A program made the translations under genes and the position numbers. Under the pieces are notes generated by a model. That model ran no database searches. It saw nothing but the letters and a program-made list of their open reading frames with translations, and was not told the DNA's origin. Source: Candidatus Moranbacteria bacterium GW2011_GWE2_35_2- (lineage in GTDB: Bacteria; Patescibacteriota; Minisyncoccia; Moranbacterales; UBA9337). Taken from it: a stretch of DNA of 64,000 nt. Shown here one piece after another: positions 1 to 10,275 of the stretch; the stretch's first letter is position 1; each line of letters opens with the position of its first letter. Location: assembly GCA_000990585.1 (NCBI GenBank), contig LBQD01000002.1, positions 250,408 to 314,407 on the forward strand. Reading direction: 5' to 3'.

Positions 1-1297
1 ATAAATGGCGTAATCCGATATTGAGGTTTCCGGTTATGCTCAAATATGAATATAAAATGATGAATCCGAAGATGGAATATTGAAAAAGAGAGGTTCGCAT
101 GAAATGTGATATTCTGTTCCAGCTAATTTTCCAAAAATTTTTATTCCAAGGAATGCGCTCCATGACTTGATATAGAGTGAAAAATAAAGTGAATAAGATA
201 AGAAACAAGAAAGGAATTGTTTCTTTGATGAGAAATACTGTCGGAAAATAAGCGCCGAAAGCAGTAGAAGAAACTTCCCCTAGGAAATAAGCTCCATTTC
301 CACCAGCGACTCTTTTAAAAACCATAGAAACTCCCAATCCATACATACTGAGCGGGCGAGTGATAGTATTTTCATTTAGCCACATTAGTGTTTGGTTAGT
401 AAGAACGCTCTTCGTGTTGGAATCTTGCGTGCTAAAATAATAATTTATTGATCGGGAAATTTCTTCTTGCGGCATTTTGTACATATTAAAAGCATAAACA
501 ACCCAGATTATAATGATTGAAATGGAAAAAGCAACTAATCCTTTTCCTAAATATCGGAAGAAAATTTCAAAGCGTGAATTTCGGTTTTCGATTTTGCAAA
601 AAAGCGGATATGTCAAAAGAATTAATCCGTAAATCGGAAGCGCTATTATGGATGAAAATTTTGCTAAATGAAAAAGTCCCAGAAATATTCCTCCGACGAA
701 TACGTTCTTCCAAGACGGTTTACGGATGAATTTGAGAAAATAATAAAAAGAAAAAGTTAAAAAAGCGGCAATGCCAATGTCGGTCGTTACATAGTGATTG
801 TGTCCGAGAATATTCGGGTTAAAGCAGTAGAAAGTGAGGGCGGCAAGTCCGGTGATAATTCCAGCAGTTCTTTTTGTCCAGCGAAAAATAAAGAGTCCCA
901 GTAAAACGGAAATAATGACAATCGGAACTCGCGACCAAAAAATTATTTTATCCGGGTCGTTTCCGGATTGATAGAGAAGCGAGCGTCCAGCATCCCATTG
1001 ACCATTGATATCCTCGGTCCAAAATTTTTGCACGGTATCAAAATTCAAGTTTAGGAAAAGTAATGGAAAGGCTGAAATATCTTTGATGAGAGGTGGATGT
1101 TCCGGATTGAGACGCATATCGTTTTGAGTGAGATAGGAATATCCTGCCGGTATGTGAGCGACTTCATCGAAGGTAGCGCTGTCATTATTGGCATTAAGTA
1201 AAGAAATTGAAATGAATATTGCCATAATGAGGGCGATAATCCATCGATATTTTTTCTTGAGAAATGATTCAGTTTTTGTGATTGTTTTGCTTTCCAT
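1..1297 (-). CDS. Partial (3' end outside window) membrane glycosyltransferase, GT39/PMT-like (dolichyl/undecaprenyl-phosphate sugar dependent)
   Basis: Open frame on the minus strand from an ATG near 1297 running off the window start. The six-frame track omits edge-truncated ORFs, and no other ORF of 60 aa or more is listed here on the minus strand. My translation begins MESKTITK..FDEVAHIPAGYSY.., with a DE-containing motif and multiple hydrophobic helices, as in the PMT/ArnT superfamily. Confidence 0.4.
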   Translation of the reverse strand, partial: MESKTITKTESFLKKKYRWIIALIMAIFISISLLNANNDSATFDEVAHIPAGYSYLTQNDMRLNPEHPPLIKDISAFPLLFLNLNFDTVQKFWTEDINGQWDAGRSLLYQSGNDPDKIIFWSRVPIVIISVLLGLFIFRWTKRTAGIITGLAALTFYCFNPNILGHNHYVTTDIGIAAFLTFSFYYFLKFIRKPSWKNVFVGGIFLGLFHLAKFSSIIALPIYGLILLTYPLFCKIENRNSRFEIFFRYLGKGLVAFSISIIIIWVVYAFNMYKMPQEEISRSINYYFSTQDSNTKSVLTNQTLMWLNENTITRPLSMYGLGVSMVFKRVAGGNGAYFLGEVSSTAFGAYFPTVFLIKETIPFLFLILFTLFFTLYQVMERIPWNKNFWKISWNRISHFMRTSLFQYSIFGFIILYSYLSITGNLNIGLRHL

Positions 1298-1348
1298 TTT
1301 GGTTAATATTATGGTGTATTTTTTGAAATAAATATGAATATATAATTT

Positions 1349-2935
1349 TTACCTGAAAACGCAGAATTTGGTATCAAATTTAATAGCTTTGTCAGTGCTA
1401 ATTCCTTTTAGTTGGGAAAGTGGATAATATTTTTTTAGAATTTCAATCATTGAGTCGTTTTTGTTTGTTAGGATGAAAACCGGATTAGTTAATTTTCTTT
1501 CATCAAGAAATGATTTAATTTCTTGGGGATGAACATAGTGGATATTTTGCGCTTGATAGTTAAAAAGTTTTATGGGAATTCTTTGCATATTTTCCGCAAC
1601 AACCACTTTTTCCCTCTCGGCGGGAAGTTCTTGAATGAATTTTGCCATCAATAGCAGGCTTGATTCAAATGATTGATGTTGGGATGGATTGTTTGTCCAA
1701 AAGTAATGATATTTGACTACATCGAAAATTCCCACAAAAACCAGTAAGGCGATAATAAAAGAAAAGAAAAATGTTTTAGTTGAAGGATTGAAATCGTCCG
1801 CTTTTCCTAAAATCCAAAGAATGGGAACAGTAGCAATAATGAAAACAACAGGAAGTGTTCCGATGGCGCGCAGGGCGTGAGGCAGACCTTCGGCGGTGAG
1901 AAATTCCGGGGCTAGCATTGAAAAAAACCAAACCAGTAAAAACGCATACATAAAAAGTTTTTGGTCGCGGATGTCGTGGCGAATGCGAAGCCAAAAAAGA
2001 TGGAAAAATTTTACAATTAAATAGATAAGTCCGATGAGAAATGAGATTCCTACTAATGGATTGAGAATCGGATAGGGAGGATAGTTGTGGCGCCAATTTT
2101 GATCGCCCCAAAAATTGTATTTTGCCAAGCTTAATCCGAAACTTCTTCCGATTGTTGAAAGGAGGTTTCCTTTGTTAACTTCGGGAGAAAAAACCGAAAT
2201 TGAAGCCGAGCGCGACTCGAGAAATTCCGGATGGGTATAAAATGTCCAAAGTATTGGTCCGGAGGAGATTAACATAAAAATAATAAAGACTATTGCTTGC
2301 TTCCAGTAGCTGTGAAAAAGATGTTTTTTTACTAAAAGAAGTCCTAGGAATAGAACGATAAGAATTACCGGAGCGATGCGAAAAGCGATGTAGGTGTGCA
2401 AGCCTATTCCGAAAATAAAACCGGAAACGGCGAATTGCCAGAAACTTTTCGTGCGGATGGCGCGCAAAAGAAAATAAAAAGAAAACGTTAAAACAAAAGG
2501 AAGTATTATGGCGCGAAAAGAGATGCGGGAAAAATTGATTGACCAAAAAGAAAAGGCGGTTAGGTATGCAGCGAAAAGTCCGGCGCGCGGAGTGCGGAAA
2601 ACTTCCTTGGCAAGAAGGAAAACTCCTAAAACTGTGAGAGTTCCGAAGATAATAGAGGGCAGCTTGAGTCCCAAAACGCTCACACCAAGTATTTGGAATG
2701 AAAGCGCGATAAGGTTCATAAACAATCCCTCGCGTCCGTTATTGTCCTGGTAAAACCATTGAAATGGTTGTTCGCCAAGATTGACTTTAATGGCATCGAT
2801 TCCGTTGACGGCCTCATCGGGATATATTCCGGCGGGAGCGCCTTCAATATTCCAGAAACGAACGAAGAATGCGGCGGCAAGTATTGTCAGTAGTATTAGC
2901 CAGTGAAACCAATTTGTTTTCTGATGCATATTCAT
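1349..2935 (-). CDS. Polytopic membrane glycosyltransferase, ArnT/PMT (GT39/GT83)-like
   Basis: 528 aa with about 12 predicted TM helices. N-terminal periplasmic-loop motif IYPDEAVNG, the DE(x) motif typical of ArnT/PMT-type lipid-carrier-dependent glycosyltransferases. Confidence 0.6.
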   Translation of the reverse strand: MNMHQKTNWFHWLILLTILAAAFFVRFWNIEGAPAGIYPDEAVNGIDAIKVNLGEQPFQWFYQDNNGREGLFMNLIALSFQILGVSVLGLKLPSIIFGTLTVLGVFLLAKEVFRTPRAGLFAAYLTAFSFWSINFSRISFRAIILPFVLTFSFYFLLRAIRTKSFWQFAVSGFIFGIGLHTYIAFRIAPVILIVLFLGLLLVKKHLFHSYWKQAIVFIIFMLISSGPILWTFYTHPEFLESRSASISVFSPEVNKGNLLSTIGRSFGLSLAKYNFWGDQNWRHNYPPYPILNPLVGISFLIGLIYLIVKFFHLFWLRIRHDIRDQKLFMYAFLLVWFFSMLAPEFLTAEGLPHALRAIGTLPVVFIIATVPILWILGKADDFNPSTKTFFFSFIIALLVFVGIFDVVKYHYFWTNNPSQHQSFESSLLLMAKFIQELPAEREKVVVAENMQRIPIKLFNYQAQNIHYVHPQEIKSFLDERKLTNPVFILTNKNDSMIEILKKYYPLSQLKGISTDKAIKFDTKFCVFR

Positions 2936-3024
2936 TTTTTTGTTTTTATTTTTAAAAAATCATAACTATGAATATTATAGCACAAATTTTGTTGGAAACG
3001 TAATGTTGTGGTATAATTTTTTAT

Positions 3025-6000
3025 ATGAGTGATAAAAAAACTTTTAAACTTGGAAGCGGGGATGCCGATAGAAATTTAGAAGAATTAAAAAAAATCCTTC
3101 CGGCAGAAAAAAATGGTTCGGAGATTTTGGAAATGGAAGAAAAAAAAATCGAGCGGATGTATGATGAAATTTCCGAAATTATTGGAAATACTTTTGAAGG
3201 TGAATTCAGAGAAAAAACAAAAAATATTTTCAGAAAAGATGCGGAGAATAAAGTAAAAGAAATAATAGATAATACGGAAAAGTTTGTATGCACAAAGGCG
3301 AAATCGGAAAAATGGTATGAAACGGATTTGTCAGAGGAAGATATGAAAAATAAAGTTAAGGAATGTATAAGAACAAATCTCAACAGTATTTCAGGAATAA
3401 AGAAATCAAAACTTTTTAAGGCTGCTGTTTTGGAGGCTGTTAAGGGACAAAAAAACGAAAAAGAAACGGAAAAAGGGATTAAAGAGGTGGCTGAAAAGGG
3501 AATAAAAAATGAGGATGTGAAAAATGAAGCTAAGGAAAAAGAATGGACAAAAAAAGACAAAGAACGTGAGGCGTTTTTCAAACTGGAAGGTGAATTCGGG
3601 AAAATAGGGACGGGATATGTGTATCAGCCGGAAGCCGGAGAAAAACAAAAAATTAAGATTAAATCTTATAAAATTATTTTTAATAAGAAAGGTGGAATTG
3701 ATTGGAATAATACGGAAGTGTTGTTTTTGCGCAATGGAAAACCAGACAGAAAAACCGTTGAAACTTTTCGCAATATTGTAGGCAAATCGAAAAAAATCGA
3801 AAAAAATCGAAAAGAAATTCCGCAAGAAATTGAAAATGAATTTCATTTATACGAAAAGTGGATTCCTGTCGATCGAAGTAAAGCAGGTTTTCGAATTGCT
3901 GATTATAATAATGGTGATTTTACTCTGGTATTTGATGTAAATAGAAAAAAACAAGACGAAAGAATAAAAAAAGTAAACATTAAAGAATTACGTCAAAGAA
4001 TTAAAGATGGAAAATATCAAATTGAAAGCTTGGTGGCAAGTGATGCAAATCTGAAGGTAAATCCTGGTAAAAAAAATAAGGATATGGATGCGGTTGGCGA
4101 TAGTGAAAATGTTGAAAAAAAGGAATATGACGCGGCGGAGTATTTGCATTTGACGGAAAAAACTTTTGGCGAGGATGGAAAGCAGATGACAAATTTGGAT
4201 TTTGCCAAAGCGGTTTTGTATTCTCAAGTTGGAAATTGGAAAGAATTGGATGCCGGTACTCCCCAAGAACGGGAGATAATCATCAATGACAAAATCCGGA
4301 AATTTTTTGTTGAAATGGGAGTTGCGGTGCATGGGTTAATTAAAAATGTTAAAGATAATGAAGGGCAAAAAGAACTTCAATTAAACGAAAAACCTGATTT
4401 GGACGGAAAAGCAACTCTTTTTCTTTTGAAAAAAGCGGGAATTGAAGTTAAATCTGATTCAAAAAAAGGAAATATTAAATATGTCATCCCTGGAACTCAT
4501 GCAATCGGTAAAATAACATTTGACAGTGGAATGGTGGATGGAGTGGAAATTCGTAAGGAACAAAATGAAAAAGGCGAATGGGTAATTTCCGTTATCGCGG
4601 ATCATCATGGCGATACATCGCCGCGGGACACGTCCGCTGCGGATGTTGCGTATCAAACTTTTTCTAAACTGGGGCTTTTTGAGGAATATTTCCAGAAAGA
4701 CGAAAAAAACAAAGAAAACTTGGAAAAATTGGTGCAGTTTATCAACCGAATCGACAATTTTGATTATCCGAACGGAAAAGAATATTTCGAAAATTATTTT
4801 CAGAATTCTTGGGATACGATTATGGGAGTTTCAAGAATGCTCGGACCGCAAAATTTTTTGGATTTTTTTGCCGATGGGCGCAGCATTGACGATGTTTCTA
4901 GAAGTATTTCTGAAATGCGTTTGTTGAAAAAGGATATGAGGCGGTATGGAATTTTGCAATTAAGGGATGTAAAGGACGCAGAAAAAGTAGATGAAATATT
5001 GAAAAATCAACAAATTGATCCGGAAAAAATCAAAAAAGGTGAGGAACTAACGAAAGAGCAAATGGCTGGTCTTGGCAAGGCGGGATTTCACTATGATAAA
5101 ACCAGAAAAGTGATTAGGGAATATGTAGATGTCAGACAAATGCAAGAAGAAAGAGTCAAGGAATCCCAGGCGGTTTTGATGGAAATGGAAAAAGACGGGC
5201 TTATTATTGAATCGGATCGTTTCGGGAAAATTGCGGTGGATATTGACGGTCGAGTCGAAACCGGTTCGGAGGCGGCGAGGGCTTTTGGGTGCGAAGCTTT
5301 TGTCCTTTGGAATCCGGAATATAATCGTTTTAGTGTCAATACTCTCGGCGGGAAAGAATTGATTGATCTTGTTGGGAATCTTTTGGCAAATAAATATAAT
5401 CAAGGGGTGGAAGTGCGAAAAACAATGTGGATAAAATCTCTTGCGGAAAAGGATGAGCCTTTGAATATAAAACTAGAAGATATTTTGGGTGAACTTACGG
5501 ACGGGAAATTTGCGCCGACAGGGAAATTGAAAGAGTATATTGAAAACGGGGAAAAATGGGGTGAAGAAGTGGAAAAAGGAGATGGAAGGGATGAAGAAAA
5601 AAAGGTGGCGAAGGAGAGCGAGAAAGACAAGGCTGAAGTTGTTTTTGATGAGAAAGGGGAATTGGAATTGGCAGATGGGATTGAAAGGGAGAACGCGAAA
5701 GAGAATATGAATATGGAAACAAGCGCAGAAACGGCAGTGGAAAGACCGGCTTTTGAAGCGGGAAATATGCCTTTGGCGGATTTTGAAAGGATGCAAAGAG
5801 AATTGGATGCCAGTCGGGAATTTTATGTGAAGTATAATCATGAATTCGAAAAGAAAAGGAATAATTTGGAAAAATATTTTGGAAAAATTGAAAATCCAAA
5901 TTTTTTCGGACAGGCGCAAGAAGAGGTGAAGAATTTGAAAGATTTGTATGATAAAAAATCAAAAGAATATGTAAAAGAATATTTGGCGACTATGCGAAAA

Positions 6001-6846
6001 TTTTATGAAGAAAATGATAAATTAAAGGGTAGAGTACTCGAGGAAGCTATGATGGAAGAGGCGAGATATTTGGGGCTTAGGGATGCAATAAAAAGCGAGA
6101 AATTAAAAGATCAAGCAGAGTTGGAAATTGAAAGTGGAAGTAGTGGAAAAATAATTGAAAGTTTTAGAAACACATTCAAAAGCAGATTGAAATCCGCTTG
6201 GGAGGGATTTTGGGGCGGTGCGAAAAGAAGCGCCAGGGTAGCGGAATATGTTGTCAAATCAGAAGCGGATGATATTAAACAAAATATAGGAGCGATAAAT
6301 ATAGGAGCGGAAATGGCAGTGGATGCAATTGAAACGGCAGCATCTTCGACAAAAAGAAATATTCGCAAGGAAATATTGAACAGACGGCAAATTGGAAGAA
6401 AAAGAAATGAAGAAACAAAGAAGGATGAGTCGATAGTAGATGTTGAAATTCCAAGAGAAGAAAGCGGCGCTGATAATTTCGCGGATGTTGAAATAGAGAA
6501 AGAAAGCGAGCCAATAGCGGAAGAAAGCAAGAAAACGGAAATAAAGAAAGAAGATTTGACAGAGAAAATTTTTATTCAAAGGATTATGAATAATGATCGT
6601 TCTGTTTGGAATGAATATAAAGGTAAAAATATAAAAAGTATTATCAAGGGAAGCGATCCAAGAAGGGAAGATAAAAAGAAATTTTTCAGCAATTTGGGGA
6701 AAATTATAGATTTTTCCAGAGAAGATTTAGGCGGGGATTTTATGAATAATGAAATAAAAGTTGGAAATTGGCTTTTGCGAATATTCGGAGAGGCGGAAAG
6801 GAGGAAAAAAGTAAAAGATATATTTGAGATTATTGAAGGTGAATAA
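3025..6846 (+). CDS. Large (1273 aa) highly charged K/E-rich hypothetical protein with no TM segments and predicted coiled-coil regions. It is the first gene of the T4SS-like module.
   Basis: Long uninterrupted ORF. An extended -10 (TGgTATAAT, 3008-3016) lies 8 nt upstream of the ATG with no SD, which suggests a leaderless start. Composition is lysine/glutamate rich. There is an internal short tandem DNA repeat aaatcgaaaa x3 at 3781-3815. Confidence 0.6.
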   Translation: MSDKKTFKLGSGDADRNLEELKKILPAEKNGSEILEMEEKKIERMYDEISEIIGNTFEGEFREKTKNIFRKDAENKVKEIIDNTEKFVCTKAKSEKWYETDLSEEDMKNKVKECIRTNLNSISGIKKSKLFKAAVLEAVKGQKNEKETEKGIKEVAEKGIKNEDVKNEAKEKEWTKKDKEREAFFKLEGEFGKIGTGYVYQPEAGEKQKIKIKSYKIIFNKKGGIDWNNTEVLFLRNGKPDRKTVETFRNIVGKSKKIEKNRKEIPQEIENEFHLYEKWIPVDRSKAGFRIADYNNGDFTLVFDVNRKKQDERIKKVNIKELRQRIKDGKYQIESLVASDANLKVNPGKKNKDMDAVGDSENVEKKEYDAAEYLHLTEKTFGEDGKQMTNLDFAKAVLYSQVGNWKELDAGTPQEREIIINDKIRKFFVEMGVAVHGLIKNVKDNEGQKELQLNEKPDLDGKATLFLLKKAGIEVKSDSKKGNIKYVIPGTHAIGKITFDSGMVDGVEIRKEQNEKGEWVISVIADHHGDTSPRDTSAADVAYQTFSKLGLFEEYFQKDEKNKENLEKLVQFINRIDNFDYPNGKEYFENYFQNSWDTIMGVSRMLGPQNFLDFFADGRSIDDVSRSISEMRLLKKDMRRYGILQLRDVKDAEKVDEILKNQQIDPEKIKKGEELTKEQMAGLGKAGFHYDKTRKVIREYVDVRQMQEERVKESQAVLMEMEKDGLIIESDRFGKIAVDIDGRVETGSEAARAFGCEAFVLWNPEYNRFSVNTLGGKELIDLVGNLLANKYNQGVEVRKTMWIKSLAEKDEPLNIKLEDILGELTDGKFAPTGKLKEYIENGEKWGEEVEKGDGRDEEKKVAKESEKDKAEVVFDEKGELELADGIERENAKENMNMETSAETAVERPAFEAGNMPLADFERMQRELDASREFYVKYNHEFEKKRNNLEKYFGKIENPNFFGQAQEEVKNLKDLYDKKSKEYVKEYLATMRKFYEENDKLKGRVLEEAMMEEARYLGLRDAIKSEKLKDQAELEIESGSSGKIIESFRNTFKSRLKSAWEGFWGGAKRSARVAEYVVKSEADDIKQNIGAINIGAEMAVDAIETAASSTKRNIRKEILNRRQIGRKRNEETKKDESIVDVEIPREESGADNFADVEIEKESEPIAEESKKTEIKKEDLTEKIFIQRIMNNDRSVWNEYKGKNIKSIIKGSDPRREDKKKFFSNLGKIIDFSREDLGGDFMNNEIKVGNWLLRIFGEAERRKKVKDIFEIIEGE

Positions 6847-6896
6847 TGTTTAAGGAGATTTGCGTTTCTGATTATAAAGATTGAGCATTTTAAAAA

Positions 6897-7163
6897 ATGT
6901 ATCCAAAAAATATGAAGTCGTTATCCGAAAGAAAAGAAGAATTGCAAAATGAGTTTGAAACAATCGTTGTTGGACGGTTTTTGAATTTACTCAAAAAAAA
7001 GATGGAATTTGAATCATGGAAAATACTTCAGCAGATGGTTGAAAATGGAGAGAAACCGGAAATAATAAAAAATTTCTTGCAATCAAAAGTTGATAATTAT
7101 CAAGATTTGTTGCAAAATATAGTCAGTGAGATGGAGAGTGATATGAAAAACAATAATTTTTAA
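6897..7163 (+). CDS. Small acidic hypothetical protein (88 aa)
   Basis: ORF between the large protein and the ATPase on the same strand. No recognisable motifs. Confidence 0.3.
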   Translation: MYPKNMKSLSERKEELQNEFETIVVGRFLNLLKKKMEFESWKILQQMVENGEKPEIIKNFLQSKVDNYQDLLQNIVSEMESDMKNNNF

Positions 7164-7176
7164 TTGATATAAGATT

Positions 7177-7614
7177 ATGTCGGAAGAAACAAAGAAAAAT
7201 TTGGAACCGATCGAAGATGGAGATTTGAATTTGGAAAAGAAGTTTGGTGTGGCTGGATCAGAATTGGAAGAATCCAAAGAAAGAATAAACCTTGAAAATT
7301 CTGTCGTCAAAGAAGTTTCCAGCGCGGAAAAAGACAATACTTATTTACAGATGCTTTCTAAAATCAAAACACAAAGCAATGATAATAAAAACGAAGAGGA
7401 AATAAGATCCGATGCGGAGAAGGTTTATGATGCTCAGTCGGATGCTGAAAGTCATGTGAAAAAAATGGTGGATTTGGCAATGAATAAGGGAGTAGTTCAT
7501 GCGGTTAAAGTTGCTCGCCATCTAGAGGATAACTATGTGTTGGATATGTTTCATGATCAACTTTTGACCGATGAATTGCATAGCGCACTGACAGAAAAGG
7601 GTTTGATAAAATAA
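7177..7614 (+). CDS. Small acidic hypothetical protein (145 aa)
   Basis: ORF co-directional in the same cluster, helical and acidic. No recognisable motifs. Confidence 0.35.
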   Translation: MSEETKKNLEPIEDGDLNLEKKFGVAGSELEESKERINLENSVVKEVSSAEKDNTYLQMLSKIKTQSNDNKNEEEIRSDAEKVYDAQSDAESHVKKMVDLAMNKGVVHAVKVARHLEDNYVLDMFHDQLLTDELHSALTEKGLIK

Positions 7615-7749
7615 TAAAATGTAAAAAATCAAATCTCAAAATAACAATCAAAAATAAAAAATAAATGAAAGCGGAAAATGTACAAAATGATTTCGTATTT
7701 ATGCTGTAATTTTTCATTTTGAACTTATTTAAAATAAAACAAAAAACAA

Positions 7750-10233
7750 ATGAATAGTTTTGATTTGAATTTAATTTTTTATCCACTACTTGCCGCCTTG
7801 TCTTTGATGACTTTTGTAACGGGTGTGTTTTTGGTTGTGCGCAGTTTTATTTCTTTTCGCGTTCAAATAAACTATTCTATGAATATGGATTTGGAGGTTA
7901 TTCGAGTGACGAAAAAAAATTATGCCAAAGGAGAATCCATGGATAATGGAGAAAGATGGAAAGAAGAAATCGGAGCAATGGAGCAATTACTTTCAACTCT
8001 GGCGAATATTAATAGAAATAAATCATTTTTTTCCGGAATTTTTTATGATGCTCCTTATATTTCTTTTGAAATTGCCAATCCTTCCGATAGTGAAGAGATA
8101 TTTTTCTATTTGGCAGTTCCTAAAAAATTCAAAGAACGCGTAGAAAAGCAGATTCATAGTTTTTTTCCGGATGCGTCTATAGAAAAGAATCCGGACTATA
8201 CCATATTTTCTCCCGGAAGTTTTACTTCAGCGGCAACTTTAGTATTGAAAAATAAGCATGAACTTCCCATTAAAACTTATGAAAATATGGAAACCGATCC
8301 GCTTAATGAAATTTCCAATGCGCTTAGCAAATTAAATACCAAGGAAGAAGGGGCGGCACTTCAAATAGTGCTCAGTCCTGCCGGGTCAGCATGGAGAGAA
8401 TCCGGTAAAGATATTGCGCATAAGATGCAACAAGGACAGCGACTCAAAGATGTCGGTTCAAATTCTTTTTTGAAAGATGTGAGCAGGGGGGTGGGAAAAG
8501 AAATGCAAAATATTGTTATGAAGCCAACGGGAGTGGTAGCGGATTCGAAAAATATTTTGGATAATGAAAAAGCTTTTCAACTTACTCCCGAGGAGCAAGA
8601 ATTGGTGAAATCTATTGAAAGAAAATCCAACAAGACCGGATTTTTGGTTAATATTCGATTGCTTGCTAGTGCTCGAACGCAGGAAAGAGCGGACGAAATT
8701 TTGGCGCATTTGGAAAATGCTTTTTCTCAATTTGAAAATCCGGAAGTGAATAATTTTAAGATTAAAAAAAGAACCAAGAAAAAGGATATTGCCTATCATT
8801 ATATTTTTCGAAATTTTAATGAGGAAAATTCTTTGATTTTGAATGTGGAAGAAGTGGCAAGTATTTTCCATTTTCCAATTTCCACGACTGAAACGCCTAA
8901 AATAAAATGGCTCAAGTCCGGAGCAGCGGCTCCACCGGTAAATATTCCGCAAGAAGGTGTTCTGCTTGGATATAATGATTATCGCGGGCAGAAAACCGAT
9001 ATTTATTTGGGAGACGGAGATAGAAGAAGGCATCTTTATACAATTGGACAAACCGGTGTCGGAAAATCAAATTTTCTGCAAGAAATGGTCAAACAGGATA
9101 TTAAAAATGGAAAAGGAGTTTGTTATATTGATCCTCACGGTGATGCAGTTGAAGACATACTTTCCTGTATTCCCAAAGAGCGCGCTGAAGATGTGATTAT
9201 TTTTAATCCGGCTGACACAGAGCGTCCTTTCGGTCTTAATATGCTTGAGTATTCTCGACCGGAAGAGAAGACTTTTGTGATCAATGAGATGATTGGAATT
9301 TTTGATAAACTTTATGATTTGAAAGCGACCGGAGGTCCGATGTTTGAACAATATGCCCGTAATGCAATGATGCTTATTATGGAGCATCCGGAGTCAGGAT
9401 CCACATTATTGGAAATTTCCAAGGTTTTGGCAGATGAAGATTTTCGAAAAATGAAATTGGAACACTGTGTTAATCCGGTTGTGCGGGATTTCTGGATCAA
9501 GGAAGCGGAAAAAGCCGGAGGAGAAGCGGCACTGGCGAATATGGTTCCGTATATTACTTCTAAGCTCACTACTTTTGTTGCTAATGATATGATGCGCCCG
9601 ATAATTTCTCAGCAGAAAAGTACTTTGAATTTTCGACAAATTATGGATGACAAAAAAATATTGCTTGTTAATCTTTCTAAAGGAAAATTGGGTGAAATAA
9701 ACAGCCACTTACTTGGAATGGTGATCGTGGGAAAAATTTTAATGGCAGCTCTTTCTCGCGTGGATATGCCGGAAGTTGAAAGAAAAGATTTTTATTTATA
9801 CATTGATGAGTTTCAAAATGTTACCACTGACTCTATCTCTCAAATTTTATCCGAAGCGCGAAAATATAAACTCAATCTTATTATAGCTCATCAATTTATC
9901 GGACAGCTTAGTGAAGAAATTTCCAAAGCAGTTTTTGGAAATGTCGGATCAATATGTGCTTTTCGAGTAGGACCGGAGGATGCGGAATTTTTGGAAAAAC
10001 AATTTGCTCCGGTTTTTTCTTCAAACGATTTGGTAAATGTGGATAATTATAATGCTTTTGCTAAAATTTTGGTCAATAATGAGTCAACTAAGCCGTTCAA
10101 TATTAAAACTTATCCTCCAACTTCCGGTGATCAAGAATTGGCAAACAATTTCAAAGAATTGTCGCGCTTGAAATATGGAAGAGATATTTCTATCATTAAT
10201 AAAGAAATTATAGAAAGAGGAAAAGCAAGATAA
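7750..10233 (+). CDS. Type IV secretion-type P-loop ATPase (TraG/VirD4/VirB4 superfamily; coupling-protein-like) with an N-terminal TM anchor
   Basis: N-terminal TM helix (IFYPLLAALSLMTFVTGVFLVV). Walker A is HLYTIGQTGVGKSNF and Walker B is YLYIDEFQNV. The downstream motif KLNLIIAHQFIGQLSEEISKAVFGNVGS resembles the TraG/VirD4/VirB4 QxxxQL...G motif. Confidence 0.6.
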   Translation: MNSFDLNLIFYPLLAALSLMTFVTGVFLVVRSFISFRVQINYSMNMDLEVIRVTKKNYAKGESMDNGERWKEEIGAMEQLLSTLANINRNKSFFSGIFYDAPYISFEIANPSDSEEIFFYLAVPKKFKERVEKQIHSFFPDASIEKNPDYTIFSPGSFTSAATLVLKNKHELPIKTYENMETDPLNEISNALSKLNTKEEGAALQIVLSPAGSAWRESGKDIAHKMQQGQRLKDVGSNSFLKDVSRGVGKEMQNIVMKPTGVVADSKNILDNEKAFQLTPEEQELVKSIERKSNKTGFLVNIRLLASARTQERADEILAHLENAFSQFENPEVNNFKIKKRTKKKDIAYHYIFRNFNEENSLILNVEEVASIFHFPISTTETPKIKWLKSGAAAPPVNIPQEGVLLGYNDYRGQKTDIYLGDGDRRRHLYTIGQTGVGKSNFLQEMVKQDIKNGKGVCYIDPHGDAVEDILSCIPKERAEDVIIFNPADTERPFGLNMLEYSRPEEKTFVINEMIGIFDKLYDLKATGGPMFEQYARNAMMLIMEHPESGSTLLEISKVLADEDFRKMKLEHCVNPVVRDFWIKEAEKAGGEAALANMVPYITSKLTTFVANDMMRPIISQQKSTLNFRQIMDDKKILLVNLSKGKLGEINSHLLGMVIVGKILMAALSRVDMPEVERKDFYLYIDEFQNVTTDSISQILSEARKYKLNLIIAHQFIGQLSEEISKAVFGNVGSICAFRVGPEDAEFLEKQFAPVFSSNDLVNVDNYNAFAKILVNNESTKPFNIKTYPPTSGDQELANNFKELSRLKYGRDISIINKEIIERGKAR

Positions 10234-10275
10234 ATTTTTTAATTAACCTAAATTTCAATTACTAATTTTTAAAAT

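Noticed and set aside
517-729. 70-aa plus-strand ORF
   Set aside because: It lies entirely inside, and antisense to, the long minus-strand glycosyltransferase frame. No RBS. A typical shadow ORF.
4440-4640. DHH-like motif (VIADHHGDTS) in the giant protein
   Set aside because: It is an isolated tripeptide with no accompanying DxD/GGH motifs. Probably coincidental.
3021-6579. Multiple minus-strand ORFs (e.g. 3021-3581, 3406-3846, 5473-5962, 6111-6530) inside the 1273-aa gene
   Set aside because: These are antisense shadow ORFs of a K/E-rich gene. Lys codons AAA/GAA read as F/L-rich frames on the opposite strand.
3025-6846. Possible CRISPR or other interspersed repeats in K/E-rich regions and the aaatcgaaaa x3 repeat
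   Set aside because: The repeats are short, in-frame and coding. There is no repeat-spacer periodicity and no cas genes anywhere in the window.
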